DNA of 61,161 bases, from the NCBI GenBank assembly GCA_964577025.1, contig CAZNVT010000001.1:1135-62295 (forward strand), in the 5' to 3' direction. The position numbers were made by a program, and so were the translations under genes. Origin of the DNA: an uncultured Candidatus Saccharibacteria bacterium (GTDB lineage: Bacteria > Patescibacteriota > Minisyncoccia > Phycocordibacterales > Phycocordibacteraceae). This document shows positions 26,846 through 36,264 of the stretch, piece by piece (the stretch's first letter is position 1; every line of letters begins with the position of its first letter). The notes below the pieces were generated by a model. It was given only the letters and a program-made list of their open reading frames with translations, did not search any database and was not told the origin of the DNA.

Positions 26846-27607
26846 ATGAAAGTCATTTCATTAAATACGTGGGGCGGAGAAGCGGGTGTTGATGGTCTTG
26901 TTGATTTTCTGCAAGCGCACTCTGACGCAGATGTGTTTTGCCTACAGGAAGTGTGGAATGGCGGCGAGCATATGTTGGAAAAGAAGAGCGGAGGCTCTTG
27001 GCTTGAGCGAAGAGTACCCACGCTACTTACGGATATGAGTGCTGCTCTCCCTCAATTTAAACACCACTTCCGGCCTCACTTTTTTGATTTCTATGGGATG
27101 GCAATGTTTGTTAAGGAGGGGATAGAAGTCATAGAAGAAGGTGAACAGTACATATACAAGGAAAAGGGATGGGTTTCGCCTGAAGAATTTGGAAATCATG
27201 CGCGCATACTTCAGTTTGTAACAGTCCGAACGGATTCTGGTATTCAAACGATTTTGCATTTGCACGGACTTTGGAATGGTCAAGGAAAGGGTGATTCCAG
27301 TGACCGGTTGGAGCAATCAGACCGTGTGTTGAAGTTTGCGTCACAGCTTACGAACCCATACGTGATTCTTGGCGACTTCAATTTGCGTCCCGACACAGAA
27401 AGTCTCAAGAAGTTTGAAGAATTCGGACTACGAAATCTTATTGCAGAACATGGGATCACCTCTACACGTACGAGTCATTACACGAAGCCTGAAAAATTTG
27501 CAGACTACGCATTTGTGAGCGAAGGAGTCGACGTGAAGAAATTCAAGGTGTTGCCAGACGAGGTGTCTGACCACTCACCCCTGTATCTTGAGTTCACTAC
27601 ACTATGA
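26846..27607 (+). CDS. endonuclease/exonuclease/phosphatase (EEP) family protein
   Basis: MKVISLNTWGG, FCLQEV, ILGDFN, SDHSPL catalytic motifs. Confidence 0.85.
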   Translation: MKVISLNTWGGEAGVDGLVDFLQAHSDADVFCLQEVWNGGEHMLEKKSGGSWLERRVPTLLTDMSAALPQFKHHFRPHFFDFYGMAMFVKEGIEVIEEGEQYIYKEKGWVSPEEFGNHARILQFVTVRTDSGIQTILHLHGLWNGQGKGDSSDRLEQSDRVLKFASQLTNPYVILGDFNLRPDTESLKKFEEFGLRNLIAEHGITSTRTSHYTKPEKFADYAFVSEGVDVKKFKVLPDEVSDHSPLYLEFTTL

Positions 27608-29271
27608 CTCAGAACGAAGCGCTTTCCATACTGAAGACCGGTGCCAATGTATTTCTTACGGGAGAGCCCGGAAGTGGAAAGACACACACAGTGAACGCAT
27701 ATGTGTCGTGGCTTCGCAGTCACGATATTGAGCCGTCCATCACGGCGTCCACCGGCATCGCCGCCACCCACGTGGGTGGAATGACCATTCACTCGTGGAG
27801 CGGTATTGGCATTACTGAGCGAATGACGCCAGAATTACTTGATACCATTGCCTCAAAAGAGCACGTAGCCAAGCGACTACAAAAAGCGAAAGTGTTAATT
27901 ATCGATGAGGTGTCGATGCTTTCGGGAAATGTACTTGAAATGGTGGATGCGGTATTGCGAGAAGTGCGACACAGCGAACTGCCAATGGGTGGTGTGCAGA
28001 CGGTGCTCGTTGGCGATTTTTTCCAGCTTCCGCCGGTGTCGCGCGGGGAAGTGTCGTTTGCGTTTCAATCGCCTGCGTGGAAAAAACTCAATCCACTCGT
28101 GTGCTATCTCACCGAGCAGCATCGCCAGGAGGACTCAGTATTTCTTGATGTGCTTTCTGCTATACGTAGTGGGGAATGGGACCACACTCACGTGTCAGTA
28201 ATAACTTCGCGTGAAGCGGAGCTCGATACGGTGGACATAGATACTCCTAGACTCTTTACGCATAACGCAGACGTGGACCGTATCAACGATGAAAAGCTGG
28301 CGTCGCTTCCTGCCCGTCAGCATTCCTTTCCTATGGATTCGACGGGCCCCGCGGTACTTACCGAAGCACTCAAGCGCGGGTGTCTGTCGCCTGAGCTGCT
28401 CAACCTCAAAGAAGGCGCCATAGTAATGTGCACCAAAAATAATCCCGCAGTCGGATACGTAAATGGCACGCTTGGGTGTGTGATTGGGTATGAGGTGGGA
28501 ACCGGGAATCCTATTATTGAAACGCGTGATGGTCGCGAGCTTGTGATTGCACCCGTTGATTGGGCGGTGGAGGAAAACGGCAAAGTGCGCGCAAAGCTTG
28601 CGCAGGTGCCACTGCGCCTTGCCTGGGCTATTACGGTGCACAAAAGTCAGGGAATGAGTATGGACGCAGCGGCTATAGATTTGTCGCGAGCATTTGAATA
28701 CGGGCAAGGATATGTTGCGCTCTCGCGTGTGCGCACGCTCGACGGTTTGCAGCTACTGGGGTGGAGCGAAAGCGCGATGCAGGTGCACCCGCAGGTATTA
28801 ACTATTGATCGTTCGTTTAAGGAACAGTCAGAAGCAGCACGCCGCACCTTTGATGCACTCGACGCGGGTGGTGAACGCGAAGAAATGGAAGCGCGTTTTA
28901 TACGAGCATCAGGCGGATCTGTCGAAGCACGTACGGCAGAAGAAATACGCGCACCCAAAAAGTCTACCTATGACGAAACGCTCTCGCTCGTCAAAGCAGG
29001 AAAAAGTCTTGAGGAGATAGTTGCCGCCCGCACGCTCACCTTTGGGACTATATGCGACCACCTGGAGAAACTACGTGAGGGGGGATTGGTGACTACATCC
29101 GAAATAGATGCGCTGCTCCCGGACACCTTGCGCACTGCGCTTCCAAAGATTAAGGCGGCCTTTGAAGCTACCAAGGACGGTAAACTTGCGCCGGTGTTTG
29201 GGAAACTGAAGGGAAAGTACTCATATGACGAGCTAAAGCTTGCGCGCATCGTTATCCTTGGGGAGAACTAG
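27604..29271 (+). CDS. PIF1/RecD-like SF1 helicase with C-terminal helix-turn-helix tail
   Basis: Walker A GEPGSGKTH, LIIDEVSM, VGDFFQLPPV, TVHKSQGM. ATGA overlap with the EEP gene. Confidence 0.85.
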   Translation: MTQNEALSILKTGANVFLTGEPGSGKTHTVNAYVSWLRSHDIEPSITASTGIAATHVGGMTIHSWSGIGITERMTPELLDTIASKEHVAKRLQKAKVLIIDEVSMLSGNVLEMVDAVLREVRHSELPMGGVQTVLVGDFFQLPPVSRGEVSFAFQSPAWKKLNPLVCYLTEQHRQEDSVFLDVLSAIRSGEWDHTHVSVITSREAELDTVDIDTPRLFTHNADVDRINDEKLASLPARQHSFPMDSTGPAVLTEALKRGCLSPELLNLKEGAIVMCTKNNPAVGYVNGTLGCVIGYEVGTGNPIIETRDGRELVIAPVDWAVEENGKVRAKLAQVPLRLAWAITVHKSQGMSMDAAAIDLSRAFEYGQGYVALSRVRTLDGLQLLGWSESAMQVHPQVLTIDRSFKEQSEAARRTFDALDAGGEREEMEARFIRASGGSVEARTAEEIRAPKKSTYDETLSLVKAGKSLEEIVAARTLTFGTICDHLEKLREGGLVTTSEIDALLPDTLRTALPKIKAAFEATKDGKLAPVFGKLKGKYSYDELKLARIVILGEN

Positions 29272-29297
29272 TAGGACTAGTTTAGAATACATAGGCA

Positions 29298-30341
29298 ATG
29301 CAACTTGGTCTGGTAGTAGAAAAAATACGAGCGTGGCGCCCGTGGCGCTATCGTCCGCAAAACGGTTGGCGTAAGCCACTTATCATTACGGGCGCAGTAC
29401 TCGTTGCGCTCCTCGTTGGAGGACTTCTCCTGTACGCGCAGTTTTTTGGACCAGTCACGAGTGACACCGTTCCGGTGAGCGAGTTTATCGTAAAGCCAGA
29501 CGCAAGTGTGTTTGAGGTGACGCGAGAACTGCGCCGTGCCGGGTTTGTTAAAAGTAGCACCGCGTTTGCGCTTGCATTTCGCCTGTATGACACGGGGCGA
29601 GGAATACAAGAGGGTGGGTATGAACTCTCTCCTAGTATGGATACTCTCACGGTCGCAAAGCGACTCGCGTCTCCGCCGTACTTAGCGTGGGTCACATTCC
29701 CAAGTGGGTGGCGCAAAGAACAGATTGCTGATTTGCTCACAAAGAAATTGGGCTGGAGTGAGGCCGAGCGCACACACTGGATAGAAATAGACACCGCCCC
29801 TGCCGGAGACCTGACCGAGGGTGTGTACTACGGCGACACGTATCTAATTCCGGTGGATCAAGACCCGGGGTATGTAGCAGGGAGACTTCGCGGCAGATTC
29901 CAAGATGTCTTTGCGCCGTACGCTACAGAAGCTGCGGTACGGGGGATTCCTTGGCAGGACATTGTGACCATGGCGTCTCTCATAGAGCGGGAAGCGGCAA
30001 AAGATGACAAACATCTCATTTCGGGAATTTTGTGGAATCGTATTGATACGGGTATGGGCCTACAGGTAGATGCGACGCTTCAGTACATACGTGGGAAGCG
30101 CGGTGACTGGTGGCCGGTGCCGTCTGTAAGTGATAAGAAAGTGGACTCACTCTTTAATACCTATAAGTATCGAGGACTTCCGCCGCACCCAATTGCAAAC
30201 CCATCACTTGAATCAATTGAAGCAGCACTGCATCCGGCAAAGACAAACTGCATTTACTACTTGCACGACACCGACGGAACTATTCACTGCTCGCAAACGT
30301 ACGCTGGGCAGATTAGAAATGTGAATAAGTATCTAAAATAG
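29298..30341 (+). CDS. mltG: endolytic murein transglycosylase MltG (YceG-like)
   Basis: N-terminal TM, LASLIEREA catalytic region, YNTYKYRGLPPHPIANP. Confidence 0.9.
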   Translation: MQLGLVVEKIRAWRPWRYRPQNGWRKPLIITGAVLVALLVGGLLLYAQFFGPVTSDTVPVSEFIVKPDASVFEVTRELRRAGFVKSSTAFALAFRLYDTGRGIQEGGYELSPSMDTLTVAKRLASPPYLAWVTFPSGWRKEQIADLLTKKLGWSEAERTHWIEIDTAPAGDLTEGVYYGDTYLIPVDQDPGYVAGRLRGRFQDVFAPYATEAAVRGIPWQDIVTMASLIEREAAKDDKHLISGILWNRIDTGMGLQVDATLQYIRGKRGDWWPVPSVSDKKVDSLFNTYKYRGLPPHPIANPSLESIEAALHPAKTNCIYYLHDTDGTIHCSQTYAGQIRNVNKYLK

Positions 30342-30342
30342 A

Positions 30343-30375
30343 AAAAGGGGGCCTGCGCGAAGCAGGCCCCCCTCC
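30343..30375. terminator. bidirectional terminator between convergent genes
   Basis: AAAAAGGGGGCCTGC-GCGAA-GCAGGCCCCCCT. Confidence 0.8.
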
Positions 30376-31056
30376 CTAGTCGAAAGGAATAAGGTTGTTA
30401 TTTCTGAGCCAGTCTGGCAAATCCGCGAACGACTCGATGTGGTCCTTCTCGGGAATATGTTCCTGGTTCGTGTTGAGTGGTCCGGTGCGCACTATGACGG
30501 TGCGCATACCGAAATTTTGGCCCGCGTTCCAGTCGTCGTTCGTGTCGCCGATAAGGAGACACTCGTCGGCTCCGATACCGCGTTCCGTAAGAAGGCGCAT
30601 GGTGCAGTCGAACACGCGAGGGTCAGGTTTCTTGTGAGCCACCGTATCCTCGGATGCGACATGAATGAAGTGGTGGCCGAGCTTCGCGTTTTTCAGGATT
30701 CTGTCTAGCGACACGCTGTCGCGAGACGTAACGACGGTGAACATAATCCCGATTGACGAAAGAATCTCGAATACCGCATGAACCCCTTCAATAGCGTTTG
30801 GGGGATTCTTCATATCGTGACTCGCGAAAAGATCAACCATCGAGGCGATGGTATCGCTGTTGGCGTCGGGAAAGCATTTCTGAAGCAGGGGCACGAGAGG
30901 GTTACCCCACGACCGTATAGCAGTCTGCTCAATTTCGTCTGTGTAGACGTAGCCTGCCGCTTCTGCGGCGAGGCGGAGTTTGTGGAGACCGTGATTGAAT
31001 GAGTCGATAAACGTGCCATCGACATCACAAAGCACTGCCTTAATATATCCGCTCAT
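30376..31056 (-). CDS. HAD-superfamily hydrolase (phosphatase, subfamily IA-like)
   Basis: CDVDGTFIDS motif I, VVTSRD motif II, IGDTNDD motif IV. Confidence 0.8.
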   Translation of the reverse strand: MSGYIKAVLCDVDGTFIDSFNHGLHKLRLAAEAAGYVYTDEIEQTAIRSWGNPLVPLLQKCFPDANSDTIASMVDLFASHDMKNPPNAIEGVHAVFEILSSIGIMFTVVTSRDSVSLDRILKNAKLGHHFIHVASEDTVAHKKPDPRVFDCTMRLLTERGIGADECLLIGDTNDDWNAGQNFGMRTVIVRTGPLNTNQEHIPEKDHIESFADLPDWLRNNNLIPFD

Positions 31057-31185
31057 ACCGCGCTCCTTTCAGCGACCTCGTATTGTTATACCACATACCG
31101 TGGGTTGACTAGGTACCTATATAAAGGTATTGTTTGGATATTAGCCCTTTGGGCTCCGCCTGCAGGCGGATTTATTTTTACCACT

Positions 31186-32970
31186 ATGGAAATACGCAAT
31201 ATCGCCATCATCGCTCACGTGGACCACGGCAAGACCACACTCACCGACGCCATCATGAAGCAGACTGGAGCTGCTGCTGAAGGTGTATCTATGGACTCGA
31301 ACTCTATCGAGCACGAGCGCGGTATTACGATTTACTCAAAGAACACCTCTATTGAGTACAAGGGAACCAAGATCAACATCGTGGACACCCCGGGTCACAG
31401 TGACTTTGGTTCTGAGGTGGAGCGCGTGCTTCGCTCTATTGACTGTGTGCTTCTTATCGTGGACGCGCAGGAGGGACCAATGCCACAGACTCGTTTCGTA
31501 TTGAAGAAGTCACTTGAGCTTGGACTGAAGCCTATCGTTGTATTGAACAAAATCGACAAGCCAGCAGCAAACCCTAGTCTCGCTGAGGAGCAGGTACTTG
31601 AACTCTTCCTAGAGCTCGGAGCTTCCGACGAGCAGTCTGATTTCACTACCGTGTACGCTATTGGACGCGAAGGTGTAGCTATGCGCAAGCTCGACGACGA
31701 GCGCAAGGACCTCTCACCACTTCTGGACGTGATTCTGGAGAAGGTTGCACCTACTTCAAGTCAGGAAAGTGCTGACAAGCCACTCAAGCTCCAGACCTTT
31801 AACCTGGCCTACGATAACTTCCTTGGACGCCTTGCTATTGCTCGCGTATATGAGGGCGTAGTTAAGGCGGGTCAGAATGTGCTTGTAAAAAAGCCAGATG
31901 GGGAAAGCCGTCCCGCAAAGATCACCAAGGTGTTCACCTTTAAGGGTCTTGAGCGCGTTGATGTGCCCGAGGCCGTTGCGGGAGATATTGTGATTATTGC
32001 TGGTATTGCTGACGCGTTTATTGGTGAGACCATCACCACCGACGAGGCAACAGAGCCAATGCCAGCTATTGCCATTGATGAGCCAACGATCACCGTGAAC
32101 TTCTTGGTGAACAACTCTCCATTTGCAGGAAAGGAAGGAAAGTTTGTGACCAGTCGCCAGCTACGCGAGTATCTTGAGCGCGAGCTCGAAGTGAACGTGG
32201 GACTGAAAGTGGACTTTGTTTCTCCAGACGCTTTCAAGGTGTCAGGACGTGGAGAATTGCACCTCGCTATTTTGCTTGAGAATATGCGTCGCGCTGATTA
32301 CGAAATGCAGGTATCACAGCCACAGGTAATTATTCGTGAAATTGACGGCGTGAAGAGTGAGCCATTTGAGGAGGTGATTATTGATACGCCGAGCGAGTAT
32401 CAGGGAGCTATTATCGAGCGTCTTGGTCTTCGCAGTTTCGTATTGCAGAACCTTACGCAAAACGATAACGCGGTGCGTCTTACGTTTGAAGGTCCTACTC
32501 GTGGACTTCTCGGATACCGCGGACAGTTTGTGGTGGACACCAAGGGAGAGGGAATTCTTTCGTCTCGCGTGGTTGGTTTCAAGCCATACGCTGGAGAAAT
32601 CAAGAAGCGTCAGGTAGGTTCCATGATTTCGATGGCGACCGGAAAGGCACTTGGGTACGCACTCTGGGGACTTCAGGAGCGCGGCGTGCTCTACATTACT
32701 CCAGCTACGGAAGTGTATGAGGGTATGGTTATCGGCAACACCTCTAAGGGTGAGGAGATGCAGGCAAACCCTACCAAGGGTAAGAACCAGTCAAACGTGC
32801 GTTCGTCTGGAATGGACGAGGCAATCAATTTGGTGCCGCCATTTATCCTTACTATTGAGCGCGGACTTGAGGTAATGACCGAGGATGACTATTTGGAAAT
32901 TACGCCGAAGAGTGTACGACTCCGTAAGCAGTACCTCACAGATTCAGAGCGCGCGAAGGCCCGCCGATAG
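31186..32970 (+). CDS. typA: translational GTPase TypA/BipA
   Basis: IRNIAIIAHVDHGKTTL, DTPGHSDF, NKID. ATG at 31186 preferred over the TTG-extended ORF at 31105. Confidence 0.95.
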   Translation: MEIRNIAIIAHVDHGKTTLTDAIMKQTGAAAEGVSMDSNSIEHERGITIYSKNTSIEYKGTKINIVDTPGHSDFGSEVERVLRSIDCVLLIVDAQEGPMPQTRFVLKKSLELGLKPIVVLNKIDKPAANPSLAEEQVLELFLELGASDEQSDFTTVYAIGREGVAMRKLDDERKDLSPLLDVILEKVAPTSSQESADKPLKLQTFNLAYDNFLGRLAIARVYEGVVKAGQNVLVKKPDGESRPAKITKVFTFKGLERVDVPEAVAGDIVIIAGIADAFIGETITTDEATEPMPAIAIDEPTITVNFLVNNSPFAGKEGKFVTSRQLREYLERELEVNVGLKVDFVSPDAFKVSGRGELHLAILLENMRRADYEMQVSQPQVIIREIDGVKSEPFEEVIIDTPSEYQGAIIERLGLRSFVLQNLTQNDNAVRLTFEGPTRGLLGYRGQFVVDTKGEGILSSRVVGFKPYAGEIKKRQVGSMISMATGKALGYALWGLQERGVLYITPATEVYEGMVIGNTSKGEEMQANPTKGKNQSNVRSSGMDEAINLVPPFILTIERGLEVMTEDDYLEITPKSVRLRKQYLTDSERAKARR

Positions 32971-32994
32971 GGAGCAGTCACAAAATATTCTGGT

Positions 32995-33070
32995 GCGTTG
33001 TTGCGGGTCCCGTCTGGCTCATCCGTCGTACTGCTAGTACGCCTCCTTCGCCAGCCTTCCCGCGCCTAGC
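32995..33070 (+). repeat. dispersed 3'-of-gene repeat family, copy 1
   Basis: GCGTTGTTGCGGGTCC...CATCCGT-CGTAC-TGCTA-GTACG-CCTCC...CCCGCGCCT. Outer pairings GCGGG/CCCGC and CTGGC/GCCAG. Confidence 0.65.
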
Positions 33071-33101
33071 ACCAAAACATTTTTCGACCGCTCCTGGGAG
33101 T

Positions 33102-33131
33102 GCAAGAACCCTGCATTTGCAGGGTTCTTGC
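33102..33131 (+). terminator. intrinsic terminator after typA
   Basis: GCAAGAACCCTGCA-TT-TGCAGGGTTCTTGC then TATTT. Confidence 0.8.
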
Positions 33132-33156
33132 TATTTAGGGGATTTGGAGCTATAAT
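33128..33156 (+). promoter_or_regulatory. putative promoter with about 170-nt leader for the DEAD-box helicase
   Basis: TTGCTA, 17 nt spacer, TATAAT. Confidence 0.45.
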
Positions 33157-33332
33157 AGATTTATCAACGTTTCTCCTTACGTTTTCCGTCTTTTGGCCAG
33201 CTCACGCGTCGCCTCGAGACCAACCACAGGTTGAGAAACTCGAGACGTTGCAGCCAAGTGCCTATTCGGGCCCTCTGGACCTATCAATCAAGGAAGTAGT
33301 GCGTAAGGCACGCCTCCGCTAGTGAAATACAT

Positions 33333-34748
33333 ATGAATCAATCAAACAGCTCTCGCGGGCCTAGCCGCGCGGGAGGAAACCGTGGAGGTCGTCCAGGAGG
33401 ACGCGCTCCACAAAATAGTTCTGCATACGAAGCAGGTATGCGATTTGCCCTTGAGGGCGGATTTAAGCGTCCTGCAACTGCTCCCGTAGAGCAGCGTCGT
33501 AGCCGTCCATCGTTTAGCAACAGTGGTCCACGCCGTGATTCTCGCGGTGGGGGAGACTCACGCCGTAGTGAAGGACGCGACCGTGGTGCACGCACCAGCG
33601 CGCCTACTCGTGGTCGTCGCAACTATCAGGAAATGGACGTAGACGTATCAAAGCTTATTAACAAGGCCACTGCTCCCGAGCACGTAGAGGCGTATGTACC
33701 AGAGCACGCGTTTGCAGGATTTGCTATCGATGAGCGCTTGAAGGAGAATATTGCGAAGAAGGGCTACACCCTTCCAACGCCTATTCAGGACCAGTCAATT
33801 CCTCACGTACTTAATGGGAGCGACATTGTAGGTCTTGCAAACACTGGTACCGGAAAGACAGCGGCATTTCTTATTCCGCTTATCGACAAGGTACTCAAGT
33901 TCCGTACGCTTAATCAGCCAGAGCGCATCTTGATTATGGTGCCGACTCGCGAGCTTGCTATCCAGATCGAGGAAGAGTTCTGGGGCTTTGCAAAGGGTCT
34001 TGGTCTAGCGTCAGTCACTTGTGTGGGTGGAGCAAACATTGGCCCGCAGGTACGCGTACTTCGTCGCAATCCAGCATTCGTCATTGGTACTCCAGGACGA
34101 TTGAAGGACTTGATGGAGCGTCGTGAGCTCGATCTTACGCACTTTGGTACGCTCGTACTCGACGAGGCAGACCGAATGCTCGATATGGGATTTATCGATG
34201 ATATGCGTTTCATTATGAGCAAGATGCGTGCCAAGCGTCACACGCTCTTCTTCTCGGCTACTATGTCTCGCGACATTGAGCGCCTGATTGGAGACTTCTT
34301 GAACTCACCGGTACGCGTGACTGTTAAGACACGTGAGACCTCGCAGACTATTGACCAGGACGTAGTGCGTGCACACGCGTCCGAGAAGTTCGATAAGCTC
34401 GCTGAAATTCTTCGCGATGAAGCGTGTAAGCGTGTGCTCGTGTTTGGTCGTACCAAGCACGGTGTGGAGCGTCTTACCAAGGATCTGCGTGGACTTGGTA
34501 TTCGTGCCGAGAGTATTCACGGAGACAAGACTCACGGTGCTCGTCAAAAGGCACTTGGACAGTTCAAGCGTGGTGAAGCAAACGTGCTTGTGGCTACTGA
34601 CGTGGCTGCGCGCGGACTCGATATTTCGGGTGTGTCGCACGTAATTAACTACGACCTACCAGCCACCTACGAGGATTACACTCACCGTATTGGCCGTACG
34701 GGTCGCGCCGGCGAAGCGGGGAAAGCCCTCACATTTATTGGGGCATAA
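33333..34748 (+). CDS. DEAD-box ATP-dependent RNA helicase with R/G-rich N-terminal extension
   Basis: Q motif GYTLPTPIQ, AxTGTGKT, DEAD (VLDEADRM), SAT, HRIGRTGRAG. About 100-aa RGG-rich N-terminus. Confidence 0.95.
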   Translation: MNQSNSSRGPSRAGGNRGGRPGGRAPQNSSAYEAGMRFALEGGFKRPATAPVEQRRSRPSFSNSGPRRDSRGGGDSRRSEGRDRGARTSAPTRGRRNYQEMDVDVSKLINKATAPEHVEAYVPEHAFAGFAIDERLKENIAKKGYTLPTPIQDQSIPHVLNGSDIVGLANTGTGKTAAFLIPLIDKVLKFRTLNQPERILIMVPTRELAIQIEEEFWGFAKGLGLASVTCVGGANIGPQVRVLRRNPAFVIGTPGRLKDLMERRELDLTHFGTLVLDEADRMLDMGFIDDMRFIMSKMRAKRHTLFFSATMSRDIERLIGDFLNSPVRVTVKTRETSQTIDQDVVRAHASEKFDKLAEILRDEACKRVLVFGRTKHGVERLTKDLRGLGIRAESIHGDKTHGARQKALGQFKRGEANVLVATDVAARGLDISGVSHVINYDLPATYEDYTHRIGRTGRAGEAGKALTFIGA

Positions 34749-34765
34749 CGCTCTCGTAATGGCAC

Positions 34766-34797
34766 GAAAGCCCGGAACCTTGCGGTTCCGGGCTTTC
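34766..34797 (+). terminator. intrinsic terminator
   Basis: GAAAGCCCGGAACC-TTGC-GGTTCCGGGCTTTC. Confidence 0.85.
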
Positions 34798-34840
34798 TGC
34801 TATACTTGGCTGTATTGCTAATAAGGGATTCACTTAGGGT

Positions 34841-35554
34841 ATGGAACAGACCACTTCAGGAGGATTTATTGAAAAATATCTAACACCAATTGCGGTGCTC
34901 GTTGGTGCAGGTATCATTGCACTTGCGTTTATTTTCGGACACGCAGGCGCACCGAAAGCAGCAGACAATGGAGGACAGCCAGCTGTTGCCGTAGATGTGA
35001 AAGACGTGAAAACAGATGGAGAACCATTTATTGGAAGCCCAACAGCGCCTGCAACACTCGCGCTGTGGTTTGATTACCAGTGCCCATTCTGCAAGCAGTT
35101 TGAGCAGACCATCACACCTCAACTTATTGAGAATTACGTAAAGGCTGGAAAGTTGAAGATCGTGTTCAAGGACTTCCAGTTCCTCGGTGAGGACTCTACT
35201 ACTGCAGCACTCTTTGCCCGCGCAGTGTGGGACGCTTCTCCTGATATGTACTACGATTGGTTGAAGGCCGTTATGGACGCGCAGGACGATGAAGGTGATC
35301 AAGGATTTGGTGACCTTGCCTCTATCGAAAAGGTGACCAAGGAAAAGGTTCCTGGTATCGATATCGCAAAAGTGAAGTCTCTTATGGAGAGCAAGAAGGC
35401 TCAGTACACGCAGGCTATCAACGCCTCTCGTGCTGAGGGAGCAAGCTTCGGCATCAACGGCACCCCTAGCGTGATTGTGGGTACCAAGCTTCTTTCTGGA
35501 GCGGTGCCATACGCAGCAGTTGCTGCGGCAGTAGACGAGGCACTCAAGAAGTAG
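34841..35554 (+). CDS. DsbA-family thiol:disulfide oxidoreductase, membrane-anchored
   Basis: N-terminal TM. Thioredoxin-fold CPFC active site (FDYQCPFCKQF). Confidence 0.85.
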   Translation: MEQTTSGGFIEKYLTPIAVLVGAGIIALAFIFGHAGAPKAADNGGQPAVAVDVKDVKTDGEPFIGSPTAPATLALWFDYQCPFCKQFEQTITPQLIENYVKAGKLKIVFKDFQFLGEDSTTAALFARAVWDASPDMYYDWLKAVMDAQDDEGDQGFGDLASIEKVTKEKVPGIDIAKVKSLMESKKAQYTQAINASRAEGASFGINGTPSVIVGTKLLSGAVPYAAVAAAVDEALKK

Positions 35555-35577
35555 GACTCGAGAGAGCACTTTCTACG

Positions 35578-35605
35578 CAAAAGAGCGGCGCACGCCGCTC
35601 TTTTG
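35578..35605 (+). terminator. intrinsic terminator
   Basis: CAAAAGAGCGGCG-CAC-GCCGCTCTTTTG. Confidence 0.85.
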
Positions 35606-35690
35606 CGTATCGTCAATCACAAGAGTTATCCCCAGACACCCTAGAAGCATCACTGTGGTACAGATAAGAGATATTGGTAGCAATCTCACT

Positions 35691-36230
35691 ATGTCAAAGA
35701 AGATCTATGCGCTGTCGGGAAGCTTGCGAGCAGGTTCATACAATACGGCGCTCCTCAAGGCGTTTGTTGAAAACGCTCCAGAGGGAGTCACGATTGAACT
35801 GTTAGACGTAAGTGCAGTTCCGCTTTATAACCAAGATGCAGAAGCATCATTTCCTGAGAGTGTGAATGCACTAAAGGAAAAAATTAAATCTGCAGATGGT
35901 GTCATCATTGCAACTCCGGAATACAATCGCTCGGTGCCAGGAATGCTCAAAAATGTTATTGACTGGACAAGCAGGCCCTATGGAGACAATGCGTGGAAGG
36001 GTATATCGGTCTATGTTGTGGGCGCGTCCGTCGGACCCATAGCGGCAGCGCTCGCGCAGTATGATCTCAAGAAAATCATGCTGTATCTTGATGCGCGCGT
36101 ATTGGGACAGCCTGAGTTCTATCTAGGAAATGCTGGTGAGAAATTTGATGCAGCGGGTGCATTGACTGATACCACGACGCTCGAGCATGTGCGCAGCAGC
36201 CTTACTACTTTCTTGAAATTCATTGGATAG
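35691..36230 (+). CDS. NADPH-dependent FMN reductase
   Basis: MSKKIYALSGSLRAGSYN, TPEYNRSVPGMLKNVIDW. ATG at 35691 preferred. Confidence 0.85.
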   Translation: MSKKIYALSGSLRAGSYNTALLKAFVENAPEGVTIELLDVSAVPLYNQDAEASFPESVNALKEKIKSADGVIIATPEYNRSVPGMLKNVIDWTSRPYGDNAWKGISVYVVGASVGPIAAALAQYDLKKIMLYLDARVLGQPEFYLGNAGEKFDAAGALTDTTTLEHVRSSLTTFLKFIG

Positions 36231-36264
36231 ATTGTGCAAGTCACCTGAGTGATAGAATACCCGT

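Noticed and set aside
33128-33322. 64-aa ORF upstream of the DEAD-box helicase
   Set aside because: It has no RBS, overlaps the predicted promoter and leader, and has an unremarkable composition. It is treated as 5' UTR.
34880-35569. 229-aa minus-strand ORF
   Set aside because: It is fully antisense to the DsbA-like gene, which has a clear CPFC thioredoxin motif, and it is Cys/Arg-rich.
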